From Candidatus Pelagibacterales bacterium (lineage in GTDB: Bacteria; Pseudomonadota; Alphaproteobacteria; Pelagibacterales; AG-422-B15), in the NCBI GenBank assembly GCA_045567365.1, contig JBJLDC010000012.1, positions 30,809-94,808 on the forward strand: a stretch of DNA of 64,000 nucleotides, written 5' to 3'. The position numbers were made by a program, and so were the translations under genes. The notes under the pieces are model-generated. The model was not told the origin of the DNA and searched no databases. It worked only from the letters and a program-made list of their open reading frames with translations. This document shows, piece after piece, positions 51,369-61,589 of the stretch (its first letter is position 1; every line of letters starts with the position of its first letter).

Positions 51369-52637
51369 ATGATTAAAAGAATAGTTTTATACTCATTACT
51401 ATTCACTTCTTTATTAAGTGTTAGTGCTTATGCAGGAACAGATGATGAAACTGCTTATGCTCTGAACACTTTATTATTTTTAGTAAGTGGATTCTTAGTA
51501 ATGTTAATGGCTGCAGGGTTCTGTATGCTTGAATCAGGAATGGTTACATCTAAAAGTGTATCCACAATTGCCGCAAAAAATATTGGGCTATATTCAATTG
51601 CAGGACTTATGTTCTGGGTTATAGGATACAATGTTGCTTATGGTATACCAGAAGGTGGATATATTGGATCATTCACCCCATGGAGTGATGCTTCCGCAAT
51701 TGATACAGGCTATTCTGATGGATCTGATTGGTTTTTCCAAATGGTTTTTTGCGCAACAACAGTTTCAATTGTATCAGGAACATTAGCTGAAAGAATCAAA
51801 ATATGGCCTTTCTTTTTGTTTGCTGCAATTTTAACTGGAATTATTTATCCAATTGAAATGGGTTGGCAGTGGGGAGGCGGTTGGTTATCAGCTGCTGGCT
51901 TCTCAGATTTTGCTGGTTCAACTCTAGTGCACGCGGCGGGTGGTGCAGCAGCATTGGCTGGTGCGATCGTACTAGGTCCTCGTCTTGGTAGATTTAGTAA
52001 TGGTAAATTAGTACCATTTGCTAGTTCGTCTATTCCATTAGCAACACTTGGAACATTTATTTTATGGTTCGGCTGGTTCGGCTTTAATGGTGGATCTCAA
52101 TTAGCTCTAGCTGGTTTTGAAAATGCTACTGCCGTAGCTACCATTTATATTAATACAAATCTTGCTGCTTGTGCTGGTGTTATGACTTGCGCTGTTATTA
52201 CTAGATTAATAAATGGTAAGACAGATGTTATAATGATGTTAAATGGTGCGCTGGGTGGACTTGTTGCTATTACAGCTGAGCCACTTACTCCAACTCCATT
52301 AATGGCTATTATTATTGGTTCAATTGGTGGAATTATTGTAATACTTGGTACTCAAGCTCTTAACAAATTTCAGATTGATGATGTTGTAGGGGCTATTCCA
52401 GTTCACTTATTTGCTGGTATATGGGGTACTCTTGCTGTTCCTCTAACTAATAGTGGTACATCTTTTGGACCACAATTACTTGGTACTGCTTCAATATGTG
52501 CTTTTGTATTCGTAGTTTCATTCATTGTCTGGTCAATTATGAAAGCAACTATAGGTATAAGAATAAGCGAAGAAGCTGAAAAAGAAGGAACTGATATAGC
52601 GGAAACTGGTGTAACAGCTTACGCAATCAGAGACTAA
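51369..52637 (+). CDS. amtB: Ammonium transporter (Amt family), copy 2
   Basis: 422 aa and collinear with copy 1. By eye, roughly two-thirds or more of aligned residues are identical. GGAG RBS present. Confidence 0.93.
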   Translation: MIKRIVLYSLLFTSLLSVSAYAGTDDETAYALNTLLFLVSGFLVMLMAAGFCMLESGMVTSKSVSTIAAKNIGLYSIAGLMFWVIGYNVAYGIPEGGYIGSFTPWSDASAIDTGYSDGSDWFFQMVFCATTVSIVSGTLAERIKIWPFFLFAAILTGIIYPIEMGWQWGGGWLSAAGFSDFAGSTLVHAAGGAAALAGAIVLGPRLGRFSNGKLVPFASSSIPLATLGTFILWFGWFGFNGGSQLALAGFENATAVATIYINTNLAACAGVMTCAVITRLINGKTDVIMMLNGALGGLVAITAEPLTPTPLMAIIIGSIGGIIVILGTQALNKFQIDDVVGAIPVHLFAGIWGTLAVPLTNSGTSFGPQLLGTASICAFVFVVSFIVWSIMKATIGIRISEEAEKEGTDIAETGVTAYAIRD

Positions 52638-52655
52638 TTTCCTCCTGACCTAAAG

Positions 52656-52703
52656 AAACGGTCCTGCAATTTTTCCCCTTAATTTTTTGCAGGACCGTTT
52701 TTT
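52656..52703 (+). terminator. Terminator after amt copy 2
   Basis: AAACGGTCCTGCAA ... TTGCAGGACCGTTT are 14-nt complementary arms with a ~17-nt loop, followed by a T-run. Confidence 0.7.
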
Positions 52704-52743
52704 ATTTTGATTTTTTATATTTTCCTAATAAAGTCTTCAACTT

Positions 52744-53694
52744 ATGGAAAATCATAGTCACAAATTTGAAAAAAAGAAAGCTGGAGTGTTTTTTTTTAAA
52801 TCCTCTAGTCCATTTGAATTTCATCATATATTAAATGGCATAGATACAGAGCCTAAGGAAGAAATTTATGGCTCTCTTATTTTTCCTGAAAATGTGAAAC
52901 TTCCATGCCCTGCCGTAATCGCTGTTCATGGTAGCGCAGGTTTAAGAGGAAATCATCATGACCATATTGTTAATTTGTTAGAAGCTGGTATTGCTGTTTT
53001 TAGAATTCATAGTTTTGAAGCAAGAGGTTTAATTTCGATTATTGAAGACCAAATGAGAGTGACTTTAGCCACAATGATTACGGACTCATTTCGTGCATTA
53101 TCCCTATTATCTCAACATCCTGATATAGATCCAAATAAAATTGGAATTATGGGTTGGAGCCTTGGAGGCAGCACATCTTTTTATTCTGCTTGGTCCCCAA
53201 TAGTCAAAGCTTTGACGTTAGGAGATGAAAAATTTTCAGCTCATCTCCCTCTTTATCCTGGAACTCATATTAAACCTGAAATAAATGAATGGACTGACGC
53301 CCCAATGACAATTTTATGTGGAGATGCAGATGATTATACTCCAACTAGTCTTGTCAAAAATATTCTTGAATATATTAAACCAGCTAAATCAAATATAGAT
53401 CTCATTACTTATCCAGATGCTCATCACTCTTTCGATTCTATCGATCCAATCGAATTTATTCCTTATGCCATTAGACTTACTGAAAAGTTTGCAGTTATTG
53501 ATAAAAATTCCAATCTAACATTTACCTTAGATGATGGAACTGTAATACCTTGTGATGATGCTGAAGGTCGTACGAATCTTATTAAGGCAGTCCCAGGTAT
53601 AATGGGCGCTCATGCAGGTTGCAATTGGGAAGCTCGACGTCAGTGTCATAAAGATGTTATTTCTTTTTTCAAAAAAGAATTTTTAAACTCATAA
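52744..53694 (+). CDS. Dienelactone-hydrolase-family alpha/beta hydrolase
   Basis: 316 aa with the nucleophile elbow GWSLGG and C-terminal D...H (DADDYTP, AHHSF). Confidence 0.7.
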   Translation: MENHSHKFEKKKAGVFFFKSSSPFEFHHILNGIDTEPKEEIYGSLIFPENVKLPCPAVIAVHGSAGLRGNHHDHIVNLLEAGIAVFRIHSFEARGLISIIEDQMRVTLATMITDSFRALSLLSQHPDIDPNKIGIMGWSLGGSTSFYSAWSPIVKALTLGDEKFSAHLPLYPGTHIKPEINEWTDAPMTILCGDADDYTPTSLVKNILEYIKPAKSNIDLITYPDAHHSFDSIDPIEFIPYAIRLTEKFAVIDKNSNLTFTLDDGTVIPCDDAEGRTNLIKAVPGIMGAHAGCNWEARRQCHKDVISFFKKEFLNS

Positions 53695-53714
53695 TTTATT
53701 TAGATTCTAAAGTG

Positions 53715-53745
53715 TTGACTCTAAGATTGAGCAGTGCAATAATAA
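53715..53745 (+). promoter_or_regulatory. Putative sigma-70 promoter of umuDC (TTGACT, 17 nt, AATAAT)
   Basis: The hexamers were read directly from the sequence, with the -35 at 53715-53720 and the -10 at about 53738-53743. Confidence 0.45.
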
Positions 53746-53760
53746 GAACAAAACAAGAAC
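53746..53760 (+). promoter_or_regulatory. Alphaproteobacterial SOS (LexA) box GAAC-N7-GAAC
   Basis: GAACaaaacaaGAAC is an exact match to the GAAC-N7-GAAC / GTTC-N7-GTTC direct-repeat LexA operator of alphaproteobacteria. It lies immediately after the putative -10 and 18 nt before the umuD ATG. Confidence 0.7.
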
Positions 53761-53777
53761 AAATTAGTATTTAATCA

Positions 53778-54185
53778 ATGTTATTAACCTTTTATAAAGA
53801 GGGTGTGGAATGTGGATTTCCATCTCCAGCTAGGGATTTTACCGAGAGCTCTATAGATTTAAATGAAGAGCTGATTCATCGCCCCAACTCAACTTTTGTC
53901 GTTAGAGCACGTGGTCATTCAATGATTGATGCAGGCATATCACCTGGTGATTTAATTATTGTTGATCGAAGTTTAAAGCCACGTCATGGATCAGTAATAG
54001 TTGCAGTATTAGATGGAGAACTCAGTATTAAGATTCTTAATATAAAAAGTAAACATGATATTTCATTAGAATCAGCAAATAAAAACTATGAAGATGTTCA
54101 TGTCTCAGAAGAAATGGATTTTATGATTTGGGGTGTCTGTACATATGTAGTTCACGATCTGAAAAAACTTAATTCTTCTTTATGA
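53778..54185 (+). CDS. umuD: Translesion polymerase V accessory subunit UmuD (S24 LexA-like peptidase)
   Basis: The ECGFPSPA block contains the Cys-Gly cleavage site. The Ser nucleophile is in GHSMIDAG and the Lys is in LSIKIL. An in-frame TAA two codons upstream fixes the start. Confidence 0.88.
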   Translation: MLLTFYKEGVECGFPSPARDFTESSIDLNEELIHRPNSTFVVRARGHSMIDAGISPGDLIIVDRSLKPRHGSVIVAVLDGELSIKILNIKSKHDISLESANKNYEDVHVSEEMDFMIWGVCTYVVHDLKKLNSSL

Positions 54186-55441
54186 AAAAAAAAGTTTTTG
54201 CACTCATAGACTGTAATGCATTTTATGTTTCTTGTGAGAGAGTGTTCAATCCAAAATTAAATAATAAACCTGTAGTAGCACTGTCCAATAATGATGGATG
54301 CATTATTGCTAGATCTAAAGAAGCAAAAGCTCTTGGTATTAAGATGGGAGTTCCACTTTTTAAAGTTAAAGACATTGTAGAAAGAGAAAATGTAATTGTA
54401 TTTTCATCTAACTATACTTTGTATGCAGATATGTCACGACGAGTTATGAATATAATATCTGAGTTTACTCCAAGTATTGAAGTTTATTCAATTGATGAAG
54501 CATTTATTGAGCTAACCAATATGAATGTAGACTATGAGTCTTATGCTCGTCATATGAGAAAAGTAATTTTACAATATACAGGTATTCCAGTTAGTATTGG
54601 TATTGCCTCAACAAAGACTCTAACAAAAGTAGCAAATCATATCGCTAAAGATGATGAGTCTTTAGAAGGTGTATGCTCACTAATTCAACACGAGAATTTA
54701 GATCAAGTTTTAGAAGATACCAACGTCGCAGATGTATGGGGTGTTGGACGACAGCTGTCTAAGAAGTTAATAGCGAACGGTATATTTAATGCCAAACTAC
54801 TGAAAAATTGTGAAGATGCATGGGTTCGAAAAATGATGAGTGTTAATGGATTAAAAACAGTATCTGAATTAAGAGAGATATCTTGTCTAGATCTGGAGGA
54901 AACTTCTGCTACTCGAAAAAGCTGTTGCACTACAAGATCATTTGGAAAACCATTGATAAATCTTGAAGATATAGAGCAGGCAGTTACCACGTTTGCTCGT
55001 CGCGCAACAGAGAGAATTAGAGGTGAAAATTTAATTGCTTCCACAGTCTCTGTTTTCTTAAGAACAAATCCTTTTGATAGAAACCGTTATTATTCAAATA
55101 GTTCAACCACAACGTTGAGTTATCCAACTTATGATACGGTGCAGATAGTGAAGATAGCCTTACAGTTAACTAAAATAATTTTTCGAGAAAATTATAAGTA
55201 TAAGAAGGCAGGTGTTCTATTAAGTGGGCTTTATGAAAAAGGCACTGAAACAAAAGATTTATTTTCTGAGACAAGATATAGATCACCAAAATTAATGTCT
55301 GCGGTTGATCAAATTAACGAGCGTTATGGGAGTGATACAATTCAAATAGCAACAGAATGTCAGATGGGCAAATGGAAACAAAAAAGAAAGAATTGTACTC
55401 AGAGTTATACCACCCAACTTGATAATGTTTTATTGATTTAA
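54182..55441 (+). CDS. umuC: Y-family DNA polymerase V catalytic subunit UmuC
   Basis: 419 aa with N-terminal [16 protein letters not shown], the SIDEAF catalytic motif, and an ATGA overlap with umuD. Confidence 0.9.
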   Translation: MKKKVFALIDCNAFYVSCERVFNPKLNNKPVVALSNNDGCIIARSKEAKALGIKMGVPLFKVKDIVERENVIVFSSNYTLYADMSRRVMNIISEFTPSIEVYSIDEAFIELTNMNVDYESYARHMRKVILQYTGIPVSIGIASTKTLTKVANHIAKDDESLEGVCSLIQHENLDQVLEDTNVADVWGVGRQLSKKLIANGIFNAKLLKNCEDAWVRKMMSVNGLKTVSELREISCLDLEETSATRKSCCTTRSFGKPLINLEDIEQAVTTFARRATERIRGENLIASTVSVFLRTNPFDRNRYYSNSSTTTLSYPTYDTVQIVKIALQLTKIIFRENYKYKKAGVLLSGLYEKGTETKDLFSETRYRSPKLMSAVDQINERYGSDTIQIATECQMGKWKQKRKNCTQSYTTQLDNVLLI

Positions 55442-56371
55442 ATTTTTAGATAAAAAGCTCTCAAATACATTAACAATTTTATCTGGTATTTTAGCACTAC
55501 CACCATGACCACCGGTAAACATAAAGATGTCAGCATCATCATTTATTTTAATGATAGCTCGTACTGAGTCAGGAGAGACTTCTGTATCATCATCAGCATA
55601 GGCAATATGAAATGGTATTTTATTTTTTGAAAAAACTTCGTAGATATATTCATAGTTTTTTGGAAAAAGATTTCTTGAGGCTGAAAGAAGAGCATGTTCA
55701 GTTCCAGGTAGACTTAATTGATTTATATATTTTTCAATAAAGTCTTCATTAATAGATTCATCTTTATTCCATTCAAGAGCTCTTTTTTTAATTAATGGTA
55801 ATCCAAAAAAGCGCATCATTATTTCCCCAACAATAGGGACATTTAGAATTTTAAAAATATTATTATCAATGTGAACGACTGGAACTTGTATTCCTACAGC
55901 CAATGAACGATCAATATGATCATTCGAATATTGAACTGCGATGGGTGCTCCCATTGAAACTCCATAAAGTATAAATTTATCAATTTTTAAATGATCGAGG
56001 AGCTCATCAAGTTGCAGTTGATAAACATCCATAGAATATTTTATTTTAGGACGATCTGAGTAACCTCGACCAAACTGGTCATAACATATAACCCAATAAT
56101 TTAATTCACTAAGGCGCTGACAAAACTCTGAGTAACCCTCAGATGGAAGTGTTCCTCCATGAATTACGATAATAGGTATATTATTTTTTAACCCAAATTC
56201 TCTGTATGCCGTTAGGCCATTAGTTAATTCAACAAACTCATAATTTGAAGAATTTTGATATTCTATGAGATTTCCACTTTCACGGTTCATCAAATTGTAC
56301 ATTAGATAGAGTAGAATTATTATGATTAAGAGAGTAATGAGTATAAATTGGTAAAACATATTCATTTTCAA
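55430..56371 (-). CDS. Alpha/beta hydrolase (membrane-anchored)
   Basis: N-terminal TM helix, the oxyanion motif HGG, and the nucleophile elbow GVSMGA. Its 3' end overlaps the umuC 3' end by 12 nt. Confidence 0.7.
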   Translation of the reverse strand: MKMNMFYQFILITLLIIIILLYLMYNLMNRESGNLIEYQNSSNYEFVELTNGLTAYREFGLKNNIPIIVIHGGTLPSEGYSEFCQRLSELNYWVICYDQFGRGYSDRPKIKYSMDVYQLQLDELLDHLKIDKFILYGVSMGAPIAVQYSNDHIDRSLAVGIQVPVVHIDNNIFKILNVPIVGEIMMRFFGLPLIKKRALEWNKDESINEDFIEKYINQLSLPGTEHALLSASRNLFPKNYEYIYEVFSKNKIPFHIAYADDDTEVSPDSVRAIIKINDDADIFMFTGGHGGSAKIPDKIVNVFESFLSKNLNQ

Positions 56372-56460
56372 TAAAATTTAGGTCTAATTGTTAGTTGCTT
56401 AAGAACCCTCATTTTGCTAGCATAAATACCTTATAACAAAAATAAAGAAGGTAATTAATA

Positions 56461-57672
56461 ATGAAAAAATCAATATTTACAGTTCTATTAGGAGCTTCTC
56501 TGATAGCGCTGATTTCTGGTTGCTCACAACAAAAAGAAGAAGTAGCAGCTAGTGACATAAATGTGGGGATTATTCTTGGTTTTACAGGACCAATTGAATC
56601 TTTGACTCCAACAATGGCGTCTTCCGCAGAAATGGCTTTTAAAGAAGCAACTGACGCAGGAATACTTAATGGATCAACTCTTAATCCTGTAAGAGCTGAC
56701 TCGACTTGTATAGATGCGGCCGCAGCAACATCTGCAGCTGAACGATTAGTTACAGCTGATAATGTTGCAGCAATAATGGGTGCTGACTGTTCAGGTGTTA
56801 CCACTGCAATTGCAAATAATGTTGCTGTACCAAATGGTGTTACAATAATTTCACCATCTGCAACATCACCTGCATTAACTACAATTGAAGATAAAGGATT
56901 TTTCTTTAGAACAGCACCATCTGATGCTCGTCAAGGACAAGTTCTTGCTCAAGTTGTAATGGATAGAGGAGTTAAAAAACTAGCAGTAACTTATACAAAC
57001 AATGATTACGGTAAAGGTTTGTCAGATAGTTTCGTAGGTGCATTCAAAGCCATGGGTGGAGAAGTAACTATTGAAGTTCCTCACGAAGATGGAAAAGCTG
57101 ATTACTCTGCTGAAGTAAGTACGTTATCAGCTTCAGGTGCCGAAGAGCTTGCTGTTCTTGGATATGTTGACCAAGGTGGAAAAGGTATTATCCAAAACTC
57201 TCTTGATACAGGCGCATTCTCAAGGTTCATTTTAGCTGATGGCATGATTGGACAAAGCTTGATTGATAATGTTGATGGAGATTTGACAGGTACATTCGGT
57301 ACTTTGCCTGGTAATGAGTCAGACGGAGCGGCAATGTTTATTAAAATGGCAAGTGCAAATGGAATTCCTGGTGATGGACCATTTGAACAAGAGTCATACG
57401 ATGCTGCAGCACTGATTGTTCTTGCAATGCAAGCTGGAGGTTCGGCAGATCGTGCAACTATCGCTCAAAATGTAATGGGTGTTGCAAATGCTCCTGGAAC
57501 TAAAATTCTTCCAGGTGAATTAGCGAAAGCGATTGCACTTCTTAAAGATGGAAAAGAAGTAGATTATCAAGGCGCAACGAATGTTGAGTTCTCTGATGTT
57601 GGTGAAGCATCAGGATCTTACAAAGAACTAGAAATAGGTTCTGGTAAGTTCAATACAATTCGAGTTAGATAA
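56461..57672 (+). CDS. ABC transporter substrate-binding lipoprotein, branched-chain amino acid (LivK/LivJ) type
   Basis: Lipobox LISGCS and a type-1 periplasmic binding fold. It is noticeably more GC-rich and Ala/Gly-rich than its neighbours. Confidence 0.85.
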   Translation: MKKSIFTVLLGASLIALISGCSQQKEEVAASDINVGIILGFTGPIESLTPTMASSAEMAFKEATDAGILNGSTLNPVRADSTCIDAAAATSAAERLVTADNVAAIMGADCSGVTTAIANNVAVPNGVTIISPSATSPALTTIEDKGFFFRTAPSDARQGQVLAQVVMDRGVKKLAVTYTNNDYGKGLSDSFVGAFKAMGGEVTIEVPHEDGKADYSAEVSTLSASGAEELAVLGYVDQGGKGIIQNSLDTGAFSRFILADGMIGQSLIDNVDGDLTGTFGTLPGNESDGAAMFIKMASANGIPGDGPFEQESYDAAALIVLAMQAGGSADRATIAQNVMGVANAPGTKILPGELAKAIALLKDGKEVDYQGATNVEFSDVGEASGSYKELEIGSGKFNTIRVR

Positions 57673-57680
57673 TTTTACCA

Positions 57681-57708
57681 GTAAGGCCTAGTTTAACTAG
57701 GCCTTACA
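57681..57708. terminator. Hairpin between the convergent SBP gene and livM (GTAAGGCCTAGT-ttaa-ACTAGGCCTTAC)
   Basis: Perfect 12-bp stem with a 4-nt loop. The loop is the livM stop region and the right arm encodes the last livM codons. There is no clear U-tract on either strand. Confidence 0.45.
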
Positions 57709-59066
57709 ACCTTTTCAGGAATCACACCTCTAGGCATAAATCTCAAGGTTATTAATAATATTGCTCCCATAATAAATAAACGCATATGAGGAGCACTTGC
57801 AATTAAATGCATTCTAATTGGGTCACCATAATCCATACCGCTTGTTACTAAACTAATAAATGCAATAGAAATAGGTTCTGCTTCGATCCACATGAACCAT
57901 ATAAAGAAACCTCCAAATATTGACCCTAAGTTATTTCCACTACCACCTACAATCACCATAACCCAAATTATAAAAGTAAAACGTAATGGTTGATAGGTAC
58001 CAGGAGTAAATTGTCCATCTAAGGTTGTTAACATAGCTCCGGCAATCCCAATGATAGCTGACCCAAGAATAAAGACTTGTAAATGCTGGCCAACTATATT
58101 TTTACCCATAGCACTTGCTGCAACTTCATTATCTCTAATTGCTCTTAACATTCTCCCCCAAGGAGAATTTAAAGCTAGTTGGCTTAAGAAGAATAAAATC
58201 ACAAGAACAGAAATGAACAAACCTGCGTAGCAAAGTTTGACATATATACTTGATCCTTCAATGACAAGTTTATTCAAGAGATCTTGTCTGCCAGATATAG
58301 TTTCAATCGCTGAAAGTCTTGATGAATTTAACCATTCAATAATATTTATAAACCATTCTGATTCTTGTAACCTTATTTCATAAGGCACTGGTCTTGGAAG
58401 GCCAGTTACATTTTTAACGCCTCTAGACAGCCAGTCTTCATGCTTTAAAACTGCAATAACTATTTCAGAAATTCCAAGAGTTGCTATTGCTAAGTAGTCT
58501 GAGCGTAAACCTAAAGTAACCTTACCAATAATCCATGCGAGCAAAGCAGCTGCAAATGCAGCAGCAATCCAAGAAAAAACAATAGGCATTCCAAGTCCAC
58601 CAAGAAATCCAGTTTTAGCAGGGTTAATATCTTCAATTAAGTCTATAGACGGTCCATAAAACTTACTTAAACCAATAGCAGCTAATAAAATAATGAAGAC
58701 AATAAAAAATCTTTTTTTGAAAATAGATTTTATATTTTTTGACACATAGAAAATAAAAAATGATGCAACAATTACAATCAATAGACTAATTAATATACCA
58801 GTACCGCCAACAGACCATGCTTCGTAGATTGGTTGATGAGATATAAGAACAGCTACAAGCCCACCCAGAGCAGTAAATCCCATTACTCCTGCATTAAACA
58901 AGCCTGCGTAACCCCACTGTAGATTAACACCCATAGCCATTATCGCTGAAATAATGCATAGATTAAATATACCAATTGAAACAGACCAAGACTGGCCAAT
59001 ACCGACAATTATCAATAAAAATGCCATAAATGAGAAGGCAAGATGAGTTCTATATCTTTGAATCAT
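57693..59066 (-). CDS. livM: Branched-chain amino acid ABC transporter permease
   Basis: 457 aa polytopic membrane protein of the LivM type with an internal insertion. Its start overlaps the livH stop. Confidence 0.85.
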   Translation of the reverse strand: MIQRYRTHLAFSFMAFLLIIVGIGQSWSVSIGIFNLCIISAIMAMGVNLQWGYAGLFNAGVMGFTALGGLVAVLISHQPIYEAWSVGGTGILISLLIVIVASFFIFYVSKNIKSIFKKRFFIVFIILLAAIGLSKFYGPSIDLIEDINPAKTGFLGGLGMPIVFSWIAAAFAAALLAWIIGKVTLGLRSDYLAIATLGISEIVIAVLKHEDWLSRGVKNVTGLPRPVPYEIRLQESEWFINIIEWLNSSRLSAIETISGRQDLLNKLVIEGSSIYVKLCYAGLFISVLVILFFLSQLALNSPWGRMLRAIRDNEVAASAMGKNIVGQHLQVFILGSAIIGIAGAMLTTLDGQFTPGTYQPLRFTFIIWVMVIVGGSGNNLGSIFGGFFIWFMWIEAEPISIAFISLVTSGMDYGDPIRMHLIASAPHMRLFIMGAILLITLRFMPRGVIPEKVVRPS

Positions 59067-60082
59067 AGTGTCTTACCTCTAAAAATTCCAGTCGGTCGAA
59101 TAATTAAAACTATTACTAAGATGATAAATGATATAGCAAATTTATAATCGGTAGATAAGAATTGCATTAATCCACTAGGCTCAAGATTAGTAGGTAGTAA
59201 ATACATGAAAAACTTTTTATAAGCATACGTAAGCATAACTTCTGAGAATGCAATTATATAGCCACCTGCAACAGCACCTAATGGATTTCCAATTCCTCCA
59301 ACAATCGCAGCTGCAAACATTGGAAGTAATAATTGAAAATATGTAAATGGTTTAAAACTTTTATCAAGGCCATATAAAACTCCAGCAATTGTTGCTAGCA
59401 TGCCAACTATAATCCATGTGATCATCACGACTCTATCGGGATTAATTCCAGACAAAAGAGCAAGATCTTCATTATTTGAGTAAGCTCTCATTGATTTACC
59501 CATCTTCGTTTTTTGCAAAAAATAAAATAACATCATCATCGTTATGAGAGCTATTACAATTGTAAGTACTTGTGTTGACTTAATACTCAATCCTTCTGGA
59601 AGACCTGTATATGATTTAAATTCAACTGCTTTTATAATAAATTTTTCTCCATCAAAAAAAGTTCTATCTTTGGGTCCAATTATAAATCTTACGATTGCAT
59701 TCATTATGAACATAACTCCAACCGAGACAATCATGAACACAACTGGTTGACTCTTCTGTTCTCTATAAAATTTATAAATAACTCTATCAGTGAGTAAGCA
59801 AAAGCCAGCAGTTAAAGCCATTGCAAATGGTAAGGCAATCAAAGCAGTAGGGAGCACACCAGCAGTTAAACCCCAAGATTGGAATAGCCATGTTATAAGA
59901 ATGGCAATCATTGTTCCAAATGCCATCAAGTCACCATGAGCAAAATTTGAAAATCTTAAAACAGCATACACAAGTGTAATACCAAGAGCTGCAAGCGCCA
60001 GCTGTGATCCATAAGATAGAGCAGGAACAATTACAAAATTTGCCAATAGTATTATTGCATTAAGTAAGTCGTAGTTTTCCAT
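59063..60082 (-). CDS. livH: Branched-chain amino acid ABC transporter permease
   Basis: 339 aa LivH-type permease. Confidence 0.85.
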   Translation of the reverse strand: MENYDLLNAIILLANFVIVPALSYGSQLALAALGITLVYAVLRFSNFAHGDLMAFGTMIAILITWLFQSWGLTAGVLPTALIALPFAMALTAGFCLLTDRVIYKFYREQKSQPVVFMIVSVGVMFIMNAIVRFIIGPKDRTFFDGEKFIIKAVEFKSYTGLPEGLSIKSTQVLTIVIALITMMMLFYFLQKTKMGKSMRAYSNNEDLALLSGINPDRVVMITWIIVGMLATIAGVLYGLDKSFKPFTYFQLLLPMFAAAIVGGIGNPLGAVAGGYIIAFSEVMLTYAYKKFFMYLLPTNLEPSGLMQFLSTDYKFAISFIILVIVLIIRPTGIFRGKTL

Positions 60083-60084
60083 TA

Positions 60085-60792
60085 TTATCCGCCTAAAAAA
60101 GCCTTTCTGACCTCTGAATCATTAAGAAGTTCAGAACCTTTCCCTGTAAATTTATTTTTTCCAGCAACTAATACATATCCATAGTCAGCAATATTTAGAG
60201 CCTGTTTAGCATTTTGTTCGACAATTATTATTGCAACTCCAGTTTTTTTAATTTCAATAATTTTATCAAAAAGTTCATCCATAACGACAGGAGAAACGCC
60301 AGCAGTGGGCTCATCGAGCATCAAAACATTTGGCTGTGTCATCAATGCTCTTCCAACTGCAACTTGCTGTCTCTGTCCCCCAGATAATTCCCCTGCTACT
60401 TGTTCTTTCTTTTCGTAAAGAATTGGGAATAACGAATACATTTCCTCAAATGTTTGATAGAGATCGTCATCTCTGAGATAAGCTCCCATCTCTAAATTTT
60501 CTTTAACTGTTAATTCGTTAAAGATATTCATTGTTTGTGGAACAAATGATATTCCAGACGCGACTCTATCTTGAGGAGATAAATTAGAAATATCTTTTTC
60601 ATCAAGAAATACTTTTCCCTGACTAAGTTTTAACATGCCTAGCATTGCTTTCATGGCAGTGGATTTTCCTGCACCATTAGGTCCTACAATTACGGAGATT
60701 TCACCTTTATTAACTGAAATACTACAATCGTTTAAAATATTTTCTCCACCATATCCACCAACTAGATTTTGACTATAGAAGAAGTTACTCAT
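60085..60792 (-). CDS. livF: Branched-chain amino acid ABC transporter ATP-binding protein
   Basis: Walker A GPNGAGKST, signature LSGGQRQQ, and Walker B LMLDEPT. Confidence 0.88.
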   Translation of the reverse strand: MSNFFYSQNLVGGYGGENILNDCSISVNKGEISVIVGPNGAGKSTAMKAMLGMLKLSQGKVFLDEKDISNLSPQDRVASGISFVPQTMNIFNELTVKENLEMGAYLRDDDLYQTFEEMYSLFPILYEKKEQVAGELSGGQRQQVAVGRALMTQPNVLMLDEPTAGVSPVVMDELFDKIIEIKKTGVAIIIVEQNAKQALNIADYGYVLVAGKNKFTGKGSELLNDSEVRKAFLGG

Positions 60793-61553
60793 ACCGCACC
60801 ACTTCTACCTAAATAAGCTGAGATTACTTCTTCATTTTTTTTAACATCCTCAATCTTGCCTTCAGTTAAAACTTTCCCTTCAGACATGACAATGACTTTA
60901 CTGCAGAGTTTACTGATAAACTCAATATCGTGTTCAATCATACAAAATGTATAACCTTTTTCTTGATTCAGTTTTAAAATTACCTCAGCAATTTCATTGA
61001 GAAGAGTTCTATTAACACCTGCTCCAACTTCATCTAATAAAACAATTCTAGCATCTACCATCATTGTTCTTCCAAGTTCTAATAATTTTTTTTGGCCGCC
61101 AGATAAGTTGCCAGCCAGTTCATAACTTAGATGTGACAGATTTAAAAATTCAATAACTTCAAATGCTTTATCTTTTATTTTTTTTTCTTCTTCTTTTATT
61201 TTTTTTCGATTAATCCATGCATTCATTAATTTTTCACCAGATTGAAATCCAGGAACAACCATTAGATTTTCAAGTACTGTTAGTTTTGAGAATTCATGAG
61301 CAATTTGAAATGTTCTTAATATTCCTTCATAAAATAATTGATGTGATGGTATGCCAGTAATATCTTTATTTCTAAAATATATTGATCCACTTGAGGGCTC
61401 AATAGTTCCACAGATTACGTTAAATAATGTTGTTTTTCCTGCTCCATTTGGTCCAATCAAACCAGTAATTGAGCCTTGCTCAATTTCAAGTGAAACACTA
61501 TCAACAGCACGGATGCCACCAAATTGTTTGCTAAGATTTTTTATTTCAAGCAT
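60789..61553 (-). CDS. livG: Branched-chain amino acid ABC transporter ATP-binding protein
   Basis: Walker A GPNGAGKTT, signature LSGGQKKLLE, and the C-terminal LivG-type tail. Confidence 0.88.
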   Translation of the reverse strand: MLEIKNLSKQFGGIRAVDSVSLEIEQGSITGLIGPNGAGKTTLFNVICGTIEPSSGSIYFRNKDITGIPSHQLFYEGILRTFQIAHEFSKLTVLENLMVVPGFQSGEKLMNAWINRKKIKEEEKKIKDKAFEVIEFLNLSHLSYELAGNLSGGQKKLLELGRTMMVDARIVLLDEVGAGVNRTLLNEIAEVILKLNQEKGYTFCMIEHDIEFISKLCSKVIVMSEGKVLTEGKIEDVKKNEEVISAYLGRSGAV

Positions 61554-61589
61554 CTTTAAAACAATACGCTAGTGATTACATTGGAGCAA

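Noticed and set aside
54703-55044. A 113-aa ORF antisense to umuC, together with similar track ORFs antisense to gyrB (18020-18319), fabB (2079-2324), polA (28155-28442, 29130-29366, 29682-29897), the RND gene (24686-24910), amt (50132-50587) and others.
   Set aside because: All are nested inside much longer ORFs with clear family motifs on the other strand. Their low-complexity translations show no recognisable domains.
56409-56804. A 131-aa ORF on the minus strand, rich in Ala/Ser/Val.
   Set aside because: It lies entirely antisense to the 5' part of the strongly supported Liv-type binding-protein gene. It is a typical shadow ORF created by GC-rich, Ala-rich codons, and it has no independent motif or start context.
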